Shown: positions 1-12,238, numbered from the stretch's first letter. The stretch is DNA of 64,000 bases from an uncultured delta proteobacterium (GCA_963727445.1 CAVSGI010000002.1:96001-160000), one strand, 5' to 3'. Numbers and translations are program-made. The notes: generated by a model not told the origin, from the letters alone.

Positions 1-650
1 CCGTCGAGCTCCACGCCATCGCGGGCGCGCCGGTGCGCATCTACGGGGTCGTCCTCGAGCGCTCGGGTCCAGGTGTGGTGGTGGACGACGTCGCGCTCAC
101 GGGCTCACGGGCTCGCTACCACGAGAAGTGGCTCGAGCCGATCTACGGAGAGCACCTGCGCATGCGGGCGCCCGACCTCCTGGTCCTCTGGTACGGCGGC
201 AACGAAGGCAACGACCTGCCGTACCCCGCGGATCAGACCTCGCGCGAGATCCGCCACGCCCTGGGCAAGCTGCTCGCGGCCTCCGGGCCCCGCGAAGCAG
301 GGCTCGACAAGCCCTCCTGTATCCTGCTCGGGGCCGGCGACAAGCCGCTGAACCGCGATGGCGTCTGGGTGCATCGCGAGCGCACCGAAGCCATCAACCG
401 CGCCATGCGCACCATCGCCTTCGCTCATGGCTGCGCCTTCTTCGACACCGTCCACTTCATGGGCGGCCCCCTGTCGATGCTCCGTTGGGTGACGGCCGAT
501 CCCACCCTGGCGCGCGACGACTACATCCACTTCTCGGCGCTCGGATACGAGCTCCTCGCCGACGACCTGCTCTTCGAGCTCCTCGTCGGCTACGAGCTCA
601 GCGCTCCAGACGGCGCTGCAGAAGCCGCGCGTGCCGAACCGCTTCCGTGA
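1..650 (+). CDS. SGNH/GDSL hydrolase family protein (5' end outside window)
   Basis: Frame is open from the window edge; block III-like WYGGNE and block V DYIHFSALGY (DxxH) motifs. Confidence 0.8.
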   Translation, partial: VELHAIAGAPVRIYGVVLERSGPGVVVDDVALTGSRARYHEKWLEPIYGEHLRMRAPDLLVLWYGGNEGNDLPYPADQTSREIRHALGKLLAASGPREAGLDKPSCILLGAGDKPLNRDGVWVHRERTEAINRAMRTIAFAHGCAFFDTVHFMGGPLSMLRWVTADPTLARDDYIHFSALGYELLADDLLFELLVGYELSAPDGAAEAARAEPLP

Positions 651-894
651 GCCCCGAGCCGGCGTCCCTTGGCGAACTCCTGCTCGGCCTCGAGCCGCGC
701 GCGCTTCTCACTCACCGGCGGCGGGATGGAGCGCCCCACCGCCCGAGCGATCTTCATCGCGAGTGCCGACGATCTCCAAGATGCCCGTCACGCGCGTTCG
801 CCACAGCTCGAGGAAGAGCGCAGCGACGTCCCCCACCGTTTCCATCATCGATGAGGATACACGCGACGCAGCCGCCCGCGGACCCCCAGAGCGG

Positions 895-1452
895 CTACTC
901 GTTCGAGACGGACGCGAGCGAGTCGAGCACGGCGATGACCTCCTGCGCGTGCACTGCGGGATCGACCTCGGTGAACGTGCGGCGGATGACACCGCTGCCG
1001 TCGATGATGAATGTCATGCGGGACAGCAAACCGAAGGTCGACGGCACGCCGTAGCTCTCGGCGATCTTCCCGTCGGTGTCCGCGAGCAGCGGAAAGGTGA
1101 GCTCGTGATCTTCGGCGAAGGCGGCGTGGCTCTCGACGTCGTCGGTGGAGACACCGATCACCTGGCCGCCCGCTTCCTCGATGCGATCCCAGGCGTCGCG
1201 GAAGGCGCAGGCCTCGGCGGTGCAACCCGGCGTCGCGTCCCGCGGGTAGAAGTAGAGCACCACCGCTTTTCCTCGAAAGTCGGCGAGGCTGCGCGTCTGC
1301 CCGGTCTGATCCGGGGCCGAGAACTGCGGCGCTCGGACGCCGGCGCTCAGAGGCCCGTCGGGCTCGGCGCTGCGTTCCGGCCCCTCGTCGGCGGCCCCAC
1401 ACGCGGAGATGGGCAGGAGGAGGCCGAGGAGCAAGACGAAGAGACGGATCAT
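895..1452 (-). CDS. bcp: Peroxiredoxin, BCP/PrxQ type, with lipoprotein signal
   Basis: VVLYFYPRDATPGCTAEACAFRD motif (PxxxTxxC plus CxxxxC); N-terminus MIRLFVLLLGLLLPISAC is a lipobox signal. Confidence 0.9.
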   Translation of the reverse strand: MIRLFVLLLGLLLPISACGAADEGPERSAEPDGPLSAGVRAPQFSAPDQTGQTRSLADFRGKAVVLYFYPRDATPGCTAEACAFRDAWDRIEEAGGQVIGVSTDDVESHAAFAEDHELTFPLLADTDGKIAESYGVPSTFGLLSRMTFIIDGSGVIRRTFTEVDPAVHAQEVIAVLDSLASVSNE

Positions 1453-1613
1453 CGTGGAGGGTAGATGGGGACGCCGCCCAGGCGTGTAAAGCCGGAATCG
1501 GAACACCCCATGCGCCAGATCGGCGCAGAGAGTGCTCCGTGGAACACGCAGTGCTCCGCGGAGGCCTCTGAGATTGCACGACTTTTCAGGCATCATCACA
1601 CCCGTGTGGCGGA

Positions 1614-3317
1614 ATGGATCGTGCTCCACCTCTCCACATGGCCCTCGCCCCCACCCGCGGCCTCCTCCCGCTGCTCCCGATCCTCGCCCTGACGGCGGGA
1701 TGCAACGGCGTCATCGGGGACGCCGGTGAGCCACCCGGAGGCGGACCGCACATCACCGACCCCACCGACCCCGCCTACTGCGAACAGGCGACGATCGCCC
1801 CCGGACACGTGACGCTGCGGCGACTGAACCGGGTCGAGTACAACAACACCGTCCGAGACCTCCTCGGCACGACCAGCCAGCCCGCCGACGACTTCCCCGA
1901 GGACGACGAGTCCGGCGACGGCTTCGACAACAATGGAAGCATCCTGAGCATCGGCAGCCTGCTGATGGAGAAGTACGACGCCGCCGCGCAGGCGCTGAGC
2001 GCCGAGGCCTTCACCGCCGGCTCTGCGGCCGAGAGCCGCTATCTCGATTGCGACACCGCGGCGCTCGGCGAGACGGAATGCGCGCGCGACTTCGCACAGC
2101 GCTTCGGCCTCAGGGCCTTTCGCCGGCCGCCGACCACCGAAGAAGTGGATCGAATGGTGGCCGTCTACGAGGGCGCGAAGGCCGAGGGGGAGAGTCACGA
2201 CCAGGCCCTCGCGCTCACCATGCGCGCCATCCTCCTGTCGCCCAGCTTCGTCTTCCGCGTCGAGGTCGGCGGCGAGTCGGCGGAGGTGAACCGCCTGAGC
2301 GACTACGAGCTCGCCTCGCGCCTCAGCTACTTCCTCTGGAGCAGCATGCCGGACGACGAGCTCTTCACCCTGGCCGATCAAGGCCTGTTGCAGGACGAAG
2401 AGGAGATCCGGGTCCAGGTCGACCGCATGCTCTCCGATCCCAAGGCGGACGCCTTCTACGAGAACTTCGCGGGCCAGTGGCTTCAGCTCCGCCGCTTCGA
2501 GTATGCGACGCCGAACGCCGAGCTCTTCCCGGAGTTCGACTCCCAGCTTCGCGACGCGATGCGGCAGGAGACGCTGCTCTTCGTGCGCCACGTGGTGGAG
2601 AGCAACGCGCCCGTCTCGACGCTGCTCCAGGCAGACTTCACCTACCTGAACGAGCGATTGGCGAACCACTACGGCATCGATGGCATCAGCGGCGACGAGT
2701 TCCAGTTCGTGCCCCTCACCACCGAGCAGCGCGGCGGCATCCTGACCCAGGGCGCCATCCTCACCACCACCTCCCACCCCGACCGCACCTCTCCGGTGCG
2801 TCGCGGCGAGTGGGTGCTCGACAACCTGCTCTGCGCGCCGCCCCCCGATCCGCCGGCGGACGTCGACACCTTCATCGAGGCCGACTCGTCCGAGGGCCAG
2901 AGCCTTCGCGACAAGCTCGAGCAACACCGCGCCGATCCGGTCTGCGCCTCCTGCCACGACCTGATGGATCCCATCGGCTTCGGCATGGAGAACTTCGACC
3001 CCATCGGGCGCTTCCGCAGCGAGGACAGCGCCGGCAACCCCATCGACGCGACCGGGACGCTCCCGGACGGCACGGACTTCGACGGCGTCGCCGAGCTCAG
3101 CGGCATCCTCCACGAGGACGAGCGCTACGTGACCTGCGTGACCGAGAAGGTCCTGACCTTCGCCCTCGGCCGCAGCCTCGGGACCGCCGACCGGTGCTTC
3201 GTCGAGCAGATCGTCGAGGCGGCGAACGAGGTCGACACGCCGCTCAGGGAGATCGTCCTACAGGTCGCCATCAACGAAGTCTTCCGCTCGGCCGGCGGAC
3301 GCACGGAGGCGCCATGA
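1614..3317 (+). CDS. DUF1592/DUF1588/DUF1587/DUF1585-domain lipoprotein with one heme c motif
   Basis: LRRLNRVEYNNTVRDLLG, LSDYELASRLSYFLWSSMPD, RTSPVRRGEWVL, CASCH; lipobox TAGC; start may be 1638. Confidence 0.9.
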   Translation: MDRAPPLHMALAPTRGLLPLLPILALTAGCNGVIGDAGEPPGGGPHITDPTDPAYCEQATIAPGHVTLRRLNRVEYNNTVRDLLGTTSQPADDFPEDDESGDGFDNNGSILSIGSLLMEKYDAAAQALSAEAFTAGSAAESRYLDCDTAALGETECARDFAQRFGLRAFRRPPTTEEVDRMVAVYEGAKAEGESHDQALALTMRAILLSPSFVFRVEVGGESAEVNRLSDYELASRLSYFLWSSMPDDELFTLADQGLLQDEEEIRVQVDRMLSDPKADAFYENFAGQWLQLRRFEYATPNAELFPEFDSQLRDAMRQETLLFVRHVVESNAPVSTLLQADFTYLNERLANHYGIDGISGDEFQFVPLTTEQRGGILTQGAILTTTSHPDRTSPVRRGEWVLDNLLCAPPPDPPADVDTFIEADSSEGQSLRDKLEQHRADPVCASCHDLMDPIGFGMENFDPIGRFRSEDSAGNPIDATGTLPDGTDFDGVAELSGILHEDERYVTCVTEKVLTFALGRSLGTADRCFVEQIVEAANEVDTPLREIVLQVAINEVFRSAGGRTEAP

Positions 3318-4732
3318 GCAAGAAGAGCTGGCATCTCTCGCGGCGCATGTTCCTCGGCGGAGCCGGGGCCACCATCGCCCTCCCCTTCTTCGAATCCATG
3401 ATCCCGTGGCGCGAGCGACAGCGGGCCCGGGCCGCGACCGACACCGGCGTGCGCCTGGCGTTCATCTACGTGCCCAACGGCATGATCCGCACGCAGCTCA
3501 AGCCGGCGGAGATCGGTGCGGGCTACACGCTCCCACCCGGGCTGTCGTCTCTGGCCGACCTTCAGAACGACTTCTGCATCCTCTCCGGCCTCTCCAACAA
3601 GGTCGGCGGCGGCTCCTACACCTATCCGGACGGCACCGTCTCGAGCGACGGTCCCGGAGATCACGCGCGCGACACCGGCACCTACCTGACCTGCGCTCGG
3701 CTGAAGAAGACCGACGGCGACGACATCCAGAACGGCATCAGCGTCGACCAGGTCGCGGCGAACGCGCTGCGAGAGTTCACGCCCGAGATCCCGTCCCTGG
3801 AGCTCGCGACGAAGGAAGGGAGCTACGGCGGCGACTCGGGCTACGCGCCGATCTACAAGAGCAACATCTCCTGGGCCAACGAGACCACGCCCATGCCGAA
3901 GGAGACCAGCCCTTCGGCGGTCTTCGACCGCCTCTTCGCCGGGGTCGACCCGGAAGCCAGCGCCGCCGAGATCGAGAGGCGCAAGCGCCTCGATCAGAGC
4001 GTCATCGACTACTGTCTCGACGACGTGAACCGCCTCGAGCGTCTCCTCGGCGCGAACGACCAGCGCAAGCTCGACGAATACCTCACCGGCGTCCGGCAGC
4101 TCGAGGTCCGTATCGACAACGCCGGCGGCGGCCTCGCCTGCACCCCCGGGACCCGCCCCGGTGACCCCGACGACTTCCGCCAGAAGGTCGACCTCTTCTA
4201 CGACCTCATCACCCTCGCCTTCCAGTGCGACCGGACGCGCGTGGTCAGCTTGATCCTTCAGAAGAGCAACAGCGTCTACGACTTCGTGACCGTCGACGGC
4301 ACGCCCATCTCCAACAACCACCACCAGATCTCGCATCTCGACAACGGCATGGCCGACGCCCGCAAGATCATGGCCATCAACGAGTGGCAGATGCAGTCCT
4401 TCGGCAACCTCCTGCGGCGCCTCCAGAGCGTGACCGAAGCCGACGGCGCGACCCTGCTCGACAACTCGCTGATCCTCTTCGGCGGCGGCCTCGACGCCAC
4501 CGGGGACCGTGACGGTGACTTCCAGCCGGACGCCTCCGGCCCGGTCCACCGTCACACCAACCTCCCGCTCTTCCTCGGCGGCAAGGGCGGCGGGATGGTC
4601 GAGTCGGGTCGCCACATCCAGTGGAACGACGACGAGCCCGTCGCCGATCTCTACATCTCGATGTTGGAGGCCGCGGGCGTCACCGTGCCGAGCTTCGGGC
4701 TCGAGGGAACCGGGCCCATCTCGCAGCTCTGA
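3314..4732 (+). CDS. DUF1552-domain protein, Tat-exported
   Basis: SRRMFLGG twin-arginine signal, ALPFFESM, FIYVPNG, SVDQVAA, LAFQCDRTRV; ATGA overlap with the upstream gene and GGAGG RBS. Confidence 0.9.
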   Translation: MSKKSWHLSRRMFLGGAGATIALPFFESMIPWRERQRARAATDTGVRLAFIYVPNGMIRTQLKPAEIGAGYTLPPGLSSLADLQNDFCILSGLSNKVGGGSYTYPDGTVSSDGPGDHARDTGTYLTCARLKKTDGDDIQNGISVDQVAANALREFTPEIPSLELATKEGSYGGDSGYAPIYKSNISWANETTPMPKETSPSAVFDRLFAGVDPEASAAEIERRKRLDQSVIDYCLDDVNRLERLLGANDQRKLDEYLTGVRQLEVRIDNAGGGLACTPGTRPGDPDDFRQKVDLFYDLITLAFQCDRTRVVSLILQKSNSVYDFVTVDGTPISNNHHQISHLDNGMADARKIMAINEWQMQSFGNLLRRLQSVTEADGATLLDNSLILFGGGLDATGDRDGDFQPDASGPVHRHTNLPLFLGGKGGGMVESGRHIQWNDDEPVADLYISMLEAAGVTVPSFGLEGTGPISQL

Positions 4733-4744
4733 GGCGGCCGGGCG

Positions 4745-5380
4745 TCAGCCCTCTTCGCGGGCCAACGCCTCGAAGATGGCGTCCACCAGCCAGTGAAGAT
4801 GCGCCGCACGCTCTTCGAGAGCCTCGTCGCTCATCAGCGAAGGATGCCCCTCGCGCGAAAGCACCCGCGCGTGGCTGAAGTAGTGATTGATGGCGCCCGT
4901 CACCGAGGCGTAGCAGTGGAGCACCGAACGATGTCCCGTCAGGGGCACGACGCTCTTCAGCTCCGCCTCCAGCCACTCGATGAGTGGATTCACGCTCTTC
5001 CGAATGTTCTCCGCGTGTGGCGAGTCGCTCGCGATGACGCTCATCACCAGCGTGAGGTAGCCACGATTCTCGATGAGGGAGCGGTGGTAGACGTCCACTA
5101 CGCGATGCATCCGTTCGCGTGGATCGGCCTCTCCTGCGACCGCCTTGGCGAAGAGCACCCGCTGGCGCTCGTAGTAATTGTCGAGCACCGCGTCGAAGAG
5201 GCGCTCCTTGCTGCCGAAGTGATAGAAGACGGCCGCCTTGGTGACTCCGGCCCTGGCGGCGATGCTCGCTACGCTCGTGCCCTCGAACCCGGTCGTGCAG
5301 AAGAGCGCCTCGGCGGCGTCGAGTATCGCCTGGCGCGGCGGCGGGGGTGCGGGCTCCGAAGGGGGAGTGGTCTCGATCAT
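4745..5380 (-). CDS. TetR/AcrR family transcriptional regulator
   Basis: ILDAAEALF...IAARAGVTKAAVFYHFGSKERLF HTH. Confidence 0.92.
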   Translation of the reverse strand: MIETTPPSEPAPPPPRQAILDAAEALFCTTGFEGTSVASIAARAGVTKAAVFYHFGSKERLFDAVLDNYYERQRVLFAKAVAGEADPRERMHRVVDVYHRSLIENRGYLTLVMSVIASDSPHAENIRKSVNPLIEWLEAELKSVVPLTGHRSVLHCYASVTGAINHYFSHARVLSREGHPSLMSDEALEERAAHLHWLVDAIFEALAREEG

Positions 5381-5393
5381 GACCTCTGAGCCA

Positions 5394-7112
5394 TTATAAC
5401 GCGGCCTCCGCCTGCCGTATCGCCCCTTCCGCAGCTCGGTCGCGCGTGGCGTGCACTTCGGGCTCGTAGGCAGAGTGGAAGAAGCGCCAGCTCCAACTCA
5501 TCGGCACCGGCCCGGTGCGATACACCTCGAGATCCTCGTCGCCGTGGCGATAGTCGACCATGTAGTACTCGTCCCATTGGCGAAACCCGTGGCCCTGCGC
5601 GAGGCGGGCGACGTCCTGGGGCGTCAGCGAATCCAACAGGCCGATGAGCACCGCGCCGTCGTGTCCCGGGGGCGCGTGTGGCTGGCTCATCGCCCGCCAA
5701 TTCGCGGGGATCTGGGTACGATCGAGGGTGGCGTCGAAGCGCGGCTCGGTCTGCCGCGACGCCAGGCTCCGGTCCACGTAGACCGCGGTCGTGCGGTTGG
5801 TCCAGGAGCGGACCTTCTTCGCGAAGCGGATCTCGCCGCGACCGGAGTCGAAAGTCGACGGTCGGTTCTGGCGCACGTCGCTCACGAACCACATCGAGCC
5901 CCCTACCCAGCGTGCCGACGGCGCCATGGTGGCGGTGCGTTCGCCCAGGACGCCCAGGGCGATCACCGCGACCCCCAACGCCAGGGTGCCGACCGCTGAA
6001 GCGCGGAGGCGGGAGCGCTCTCGCACCGCGCGGTGGAAGAGCCCGACGATCACGTCCGCGCAAGCGATGGCGACGAAAGGCAGGGTCGTCCAGAGCCAAT
6101 AGCTGTGAACCACCGCGCTCGAGCGAAAGACCCAGTAGTGGGTGAGCCCGCCGATGCAGAAGACCATCGGGATCAGGTCGCGAGCCAGCGTGCGCCGGCG
6201 CACGAGACGAACGAAGAAGCGGATCAGCCACAGCGCGGTGAGCGCGAGGATGGGCCAGGTGAACATCATCGGCGGAACGTGGGTGACGTTGCGAAGGAAG
6301 CGTCCGGCGTCGGCGCCCTGCCGCTCGGCGAACGTCGCCAGCAGATCGTCGATGCCGCCGGTGGCCCAGACGCAGACCGCGATGAACCACGCGAGCTGGA
6401 AGAGCACCCAGAAGGAGAAGATGGTGAGCTTGCCCAGATCTCGATACCAGGGCAGCCCCGTCGCGGCGCCGTTCTTCAGGGACGTGTACGCCCAGTGGAG
6501 CGCCATCAGGAAGGCGAGGTAATACGCAGGCCAATCCCAGGCGGCGGCCATCGCGAAGGTGCCGAGCACCGCGGCGAATCGCCAGCGTGTGGGCTCCTCT
6601 CTGAGCCGGATGTAGTGGTAGAGGCACAAGAGGCCCCACCCGATGAAGCCGGAAGAGTGGTTCGCCATGTTGAGGTAGATGGCGTTGATCGGTAAGAGCA
6701 CGTAGATCGCCCCGGCGACCACGCCATGCGCTCGCGACCAGAGCCGGCCGACGACGAAGATCAGAGCCGCGGCCGCGAAGAGCGCGTGCACCGCCGCGAC
6801 GCCGCGGATCGAGCCGGGTCGATCGCCGAAGAGCCAAACGAACGCGACGTTGTGCCAGTGCATCGCCAGCGGATGGTGCGTGTAGGCCTCACGGCGAGGC
6901 GGCGGCGTGGGCGCGGTGTGGTACTGGTGCGGCAAGAGCCGGTGGAAGCGGATGGAGTTTCGCGCGGCGAGAAGGTACGCGCCGGAGTTGAACCCGTTGT
7001 GGCCACGGGTCAGGTCGTCCATCGAGCCCGCGCTCCCGAGCAGCGCCTGGAGCATGAGCACGAAGGCGATCCCGACGGCCGCCGCCATGCTCCTCACGTC
7101 GTCGTGGCTCAC
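5394..7112 (-). CDS. GT-C type membrane glycosyltransferase (ArnT/PMT_2-like)
   Basis: Polytopic membrane protein with YTHHPL loop after TM1 and a soluble C-terminal domain. Confidence 0.6.
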   Translation of the reverse strand: MSHDDVRSMAAAVGIAFVLMLQALLGSAGSMDDLTRGHNGFNSGAYLLAARNSIRFHRLLPHQYHTAPTPPPRREAYTHHPLAMHWHNVAFVWLFGDRPGSIRGVAAVHALFAAAALIFVVGRLWSRAHGVVAGAIYVLLPINAIYLNMANHSSGFIGWGLLCLYHYIRLREEPTRWRFAAVLGTFAMAAAWDWPAYYLAFLMALHWAYTSLKNGAATGLPWYRDLGKLTIFSFWVLFQLAWFIAVCVWATGGIDDLLATFAERQGADAGRFLRNVTHVPPMMFTWPILALTALWLIRFFVRLVRRRTLARDLIPMVFCIGGLTHYWVFRSSAVVHSYWLWTTLPFVAIACADVIVGLFHRAVRERSRLRASAVGTLALGVAVIALGVLGERTATMAPSARWVGGSMWFVSDVRQNRPSTFDSGRGEIRFAKKVRSWTNRTTAVYVDRSLASRQTEPRFDATLDRTQIPANWRAMSQPHAPPGHDGAVLIGLLDSLTPQDVARLAQGHGFRQWDEYYMVDYRHGDEDLEVYRTGPVPMSWSWRFFHSAYEPEVHATRDRAAEGAIRQAEAAL

Positions 7113-8043
7113 AGGTCGTCATCCTCGGCGCAGATCGCGCCAACCGAATCGATCGCTGCGCCCGCGTTGCCGCGCAGACCGGAGACGGCCCCGTCCGAGC
7201 ATCGGCTCCGGAAATAGGTCCCGCCGCTGCCGCCGACGCCGCCGAGCTCGAAGGTCTCGCGCTCCGGTTCCTCGTAGGGACCACAGAGCAAGAGAGACGG
7301 TCCACGCGCGCTCCAGCGCGGCCGGCGATGCCCACCACGACCCGGCCCGGGTCACACCGGAGCTCGTGCGCGTTCTGGGAGCGGCGGCCAATCAAGCGAA
7401 TGGGGGTGGGCGTGGCGTCTGCGCTCGCGGAGGGCGGAAGACAGCGCGGGAGGATGCCGCCGATCATGGTTCCGTCGAGATAGACGTCGGCCCCGACCAT
7501 GCGCGAGCCCGCGGGGCAGGTGATGGCGTAGGGACGCCCGCCCGGGCCCCCGAAGGTCCGATCCTCGGGGCGGTCCACGCGCGCCAGGATGGTCATCACG
7601 ATGGCGATGGCGAGACCGACGCCGGTCAGCGCGCCCAGGGCCCACGAGAGGTGGCGGCGCCTCCGCGCGCGCGGGTCGAGGAGCCGAACCCCGAACGCAA
7701 CGCGCCTGAGCGCGCCGAGCGTCGCTCCGAAGACCTTCGGATCCAGGAGCTCCGCACCTTCGTAGGAGGCGCGGAGAACGCCGAGGGTGCGCTCTCGCCG
7801 CCGCTTCGAACGCAGAGCCCGTGACAGACGCTCCGCCGGCCCACCCTCGCCCGGCAGCGTCTCCGCCAGCTCGCGCGCGACGTCCAGCGCCTGCTCGAGC
7901 AGGAGCGCGGCCGCCGTTCGGCGCTCCGCTGCCCAGCAGAGGCCCGCCGAGTCGACGAGCTCCTCGAGGCGACGGCGAACCTCGTCCGGCGCGGACGCGT
8001 CGGCCGGGGGCGAGCCCTCGGCGATACCTGCAGCGGCTTCCAT
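7109..8043 (-). CDS. Membrane-anchored protein with beta-prism/jacalin-like repeats; frameshift near 7290
   Basis: TM helix, then GGPGG..CP, GIAGRAGARVDRL; continues in another frame as GGSGG..C, GLRGNAGAAIDSV. Confidence 0.55.
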
Positions 8044-8074
8044 GAGCAGAAGCGAAGGCGCGCTCGCGGTCTCC

Positions 8075-8395
8075 TCAGCCGGTTCGCTTGATGATGTGGT
8101 AGCCGAAGTCCGTCTCGACGACCGCGCTGACGTCGCCGACGTTCATCCCGAAGGCGGCGGTCTCGAAGGGACCGACCATCTGCCCGCGTCCGAAGGTCCC
8201 GAGGTCGCCCCCCTTCTGCGCGCTCGGGCAATCGGAATGTTCGCGCGCGAGGGCGGCGAAGTCGGCGCCTCCGTCGATCTGTGACTTGAGCTCGGCGATC
8301 TGGGTCTGGGCCTCGCCCTGGCTGCGCGTGGCCGTCGAGCGTGCGGAGCCCGCGTACATGAGGAGGATGTGGCTTGCACGAACCTGTTCGGACAT
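8075..8395 (-). CDS. Parvulin-type peptidyl-prolyl isomerase
   Basis: [38 protein letters not shown]. Confidence 0.95.
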   Translation of the reverse strand: MSEQVRASHILLMYAGSARSTATRSQGEAQTQIAELKSQIDGGADFAALAREHSDCPSAQKGGDLGTFGRGQMVGPFETAAFGMNVGDVSAVVETDFGYHIIKRTG

Positions 8396-8424
8396 TGACG
8401 TTTCCTTCGGTCTTCGAGTTGGAA

Positions 8425-10248
8425 TCAGGTGCCCGAGGGCAACTGCGGCCGCGGCAGATAGAGCACTTCGGCCGTGGTCTGCAGGGTGAGGTTCATGGCG
8501 TCCATGGAGAGATTGATCCCACCCACACTGAGGATGCCGGCGTCGGGAAGTGGCGCGGAGGCGTGCAGGACGCGCGCCGCGCGCATCACGAAGCGCGTCG
8601 GGGAGAGCGTCGCGACGCCTCCGCTCACCTCGCCGGTGAACACCTCGATGCTCGGCTGACGCGTCCAGAGCAGGTTCGCGATGCCGCCGGTGACAGCCAC
8701 GCTTCCGTCGTCGAGGGCTGCGATCCCCGCGAAGCCGTGAGGCGAGTCGGTGTCGAAGCCCACCGTTTCACCCGTGTCGCCGGCGACGGTCTGGCTCCGC
8801 GGGGCGCCGCCCATGGAGGGGCAGAGGTCGGCGCCGCCGAAGAGGGGCATGCGGGCGCCGGACATGCACCGCGGCCCGATCCACCCGACGACCAACGCGT
8901 GGCTCGCTCCATCGCCGACAGCCGCGACCGAAGGCGCCGTCAGCGCGTACTCGGGATGATCGCCAGCGCCCGGATAAGACGTCGCCGCGCTCGCCGGCTC
9001 GATGCCGCCGTTGACGTTGGTGGGATCCGGCGTCCACACCTCGGCCAGATCGGCGTTGGTCGACGCGGCGGAGCCACCGAAGATCCAGACCTGCCCCGAG
9101 CCGAGCTCGACCGCGCTGGCGGCGGCCCGCGGCGCGGAGAGCGCCGCGCTCTCGTTGTCGTAGCAGCCGTATCCGCCGGCCTTGCGGTCGTCGTAGACCT
9201 CGTAGCTTCCGTCGGCGCCGCTCGCGCCGATGCCGCCGACCAGGAGCACGCGATTTTCGTCGGTGACGGTGGTCGCGGCGGCCGTGTGGAGGAAACGCTG
9301 GCGGTTGAGCCGGCCCGGCACGCGCGGATCGTCTGCGGACCCCAAGAACCCGCCGCGGCCCGGATCGCCGTCACCGGCCGTGTCGTCCACCTCGCGATTC
9401 ATGTCGGCGACGAAGATCTCGAAACTCTGATGAGCGCCTTGGTCACCGGCTGCGAGGAGCGGCACGAGCCGCGGCTCGTAGCCCGTGGGGTCCGCGCCTC
9501 CGCCGATGGGGATGAGAGCGAAGACCGCCTTGGGTGCTCCGCCAGCCACCAACACCCGCCCGCCCGGAAGGAGCGTCGCGGTGTGACCTGCGCGCGCCGC
9601 GAGCATCCCCCCGGTCACGGGGTAGAAGCGCGCGCTCGTGGGATCGAAGACCCAGGCGTTCTTGGTGGCGGTGACCGCAAAGCAATGCGCGCCCGCGGGC
9701 AGGCTCGTCGGACACTCGGCCATGTTCTCGACGGTGTCGAAGCCGCCCGCGACAAGGACGCGCCCGTCGGGGAGCGCGGTGGCCGTGGTCATGAAGACCG
9801 AGGGCGTCCCCTCGATGACCGCCGGCGCGCTCGCGCCGAGCTCGTACATCTGGAGGTCCGCGTAGAAGCGCTGGCCGGCGGAGAGCACGACCGGACCCAC
9901 GTGGCCCAGATAGGCGAAGGCATCACCGGCCTTGAGCCCCTCGACCGTGATCTCGATGGGCGTGTCGGTCGGGAGCCCAGTGAGGAGGGGCGGCGCGACG
10001 TAGGGCGTGCCGTCGGGCGCCATCTCGAAGCGGTCGCGGCTCACCACCACGTCCAGGGACTCGCCGTCGATGGTCCGAATGATCCGAATGCGCTCGACGT
10101 CGTCGGGCAAGCTCGCGGAGGGCGTGGCGGTCAGCCACTCGACCCGCATGTGCAGCTCGGGATCCGCGCCTGCCAGCTCGGTGTCCGCTGCGCAGGCAGA
10201 CAGGGCGTAGAGCCCGGCCAGAAGGGAAAGAGAAGCCGATCGAGGCAC
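8425..10248 (-). CDS. Kelch-repeat lipoprotein
   Basis: Lipobox LSAC; repeated [20 protein letters not shown] kelch motifs. Confidence 0.8.
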   Translation of the reverse strand: MPRSASLSLLAGLYALSACAADTELAGADPELHMRVEWLTATPSASLPDDVERIRIIRTIDGESLDVVVSRDRFEMAPDGTPYVAPPLLTGLPTDTPIEITVEGLKAGDAFAYLGHVGPVVLSAGQRFYADLQMYELGASAPAVIEGTPSVFMTTATALPDGRVLVAGGFDTVENMAECPTSLPAGAHCFAVTATKNAWVFDPTSARFYPVTGGMLAARAGHTATLLPGGRVLVAGGAPKAVFALIPIGGGADPTGYEPRLVPLLAAGDQGAHQSFEIFVADMNREVDDTAGDGDPGRGGFLGSADDPRVPGRLNRQRFLHTAAATTVTDENRVLLVGGIGASGADGSYEVYDDRKAGGYGCYDNESAALSAPRAAASAVELGSGQVWIFGGSAASTNADLAEVWTPDPTNVNGGIEPASAATSYPGAGDHPEYALTAPSVAAVGDGASHALVVGWIGPRCMSGARMPLFGGADLCPSMGGAPRSQTVAGDTGETVGFDTDSPHGFAGIAALDDGSVAVTGGIANLLWTRQPSIEVFTGEVSGGVATLSPTRFVMRAARVLHASAPLPDAGILSVGGINLSMDAMNLTLQTTAEVLYLPRPQLPSGT

Positions 10249-10316
10249 GCCGGAAGGCTACCGAAACCCCGTGGGGCTGGCCAGCCTCGGAGCGAGGGTG
10301 ATGCGGCAAAAAGGCT

Positions 10317-11176
10317 TCATGAGCTGGCCTCGGCCGCGGCCAGGACGAGGGCGTAGGCCTCCTTCTTCGAGAGCGTCGTGAGGGTGGCCAGACGTCGGGA
10401 GGCATCGCGAGGGCTCAGCCCCTCGTCGAGAAGCTCGCGCGCGAGCGCGCTGGCCTCTTCGGGGTCCACCGCGACCGAAGCGCCCGGGGCGAGGCCGGTG
10501 CCTCCGATCACCAACGTCACCTCGCCTTTGAGGCCCTCGGCGGCGCGCGCGCGGAGCGCGCCGAGGGGGCCTCTGAGCACCTCTTCGTGCACCTTCGTGA
10601 GCTCGCGACAGAGGGCCGCCTCGCGGTCCTCCCCCAGCGCCGCCGCGAGGTCCGCGAGGGTGGCGGCGACGCGGTTCGCCGCCTCGAAGAGGATGGTCGC
10701 GCCGTCGCTCCTGCGCGATCTCCTCGATCACCCGGCGGCGCCGGCCGCCGCTCCGCGGCAGAAAGCCCACGAAGCGAAAGGTGTCGGCGCGGATGCCGGC
10801 GACGGCGATGGCGGCGGTCACCGCGCTCGGGCCGGGGATGGTCTCGACGGCGACGCCCGCGTCGCGGGCGGCGGCCACCAGGCGGATGCCGGGATCGCTC
10901 ACCACCGGCGTCCCGGCGTCGGTGACCAGCGCCAGATGCGCCCCCCCTTCGAGCTCGCGCACCAGGGCCTCGACCTCGCCCTCCTTCGAGTGCGCGTGGA
11001 AGCTCTTGAGCTTCGTGCCGACGCCGTGATGCGCGAGCAGGCGCTTGGTCCGCCGCGTGTCCTCGGCGAGAACGAGGTCCGCCTCCCGCAGGGTCGCGAG
11101 GGCGCGCAGCGTCACGTCGTCGAGGTTGCCGATGGGCGTGGCGACGACCGAGAGGCGCCCCAGCTCACCCGCACCC

Positions 11177-11205
<29 letters not shown>
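10317..11205 (-). CDS. rsmI: 16S rRNA C1402 2'-O-methyltransferase RsmI; frameshift near 10710
   Basis: [39 protein letters not shown]-terminal [13 protein letters not shown] in a second frame; start uncertain. Confidence 0.9.

Positions 11206-12238
<1,033 letters not shown>

Noticed and set aside
647..847. Short minus-strand ORF MMETVGDVAALFLELWRTRVTGILEIVG
   Set aside because: May be a gene remnant but is too short and interrupted to support a call
2048..3313. N-terminal extension of the 894-aa ORF and similar long shadow ORFs (for example 38536-40461, 53308-55407)
   Set aside because: Off-frame or antisense to well-supported genes; Arg/Pro/Ala-rich composition typical of high-GC shadows
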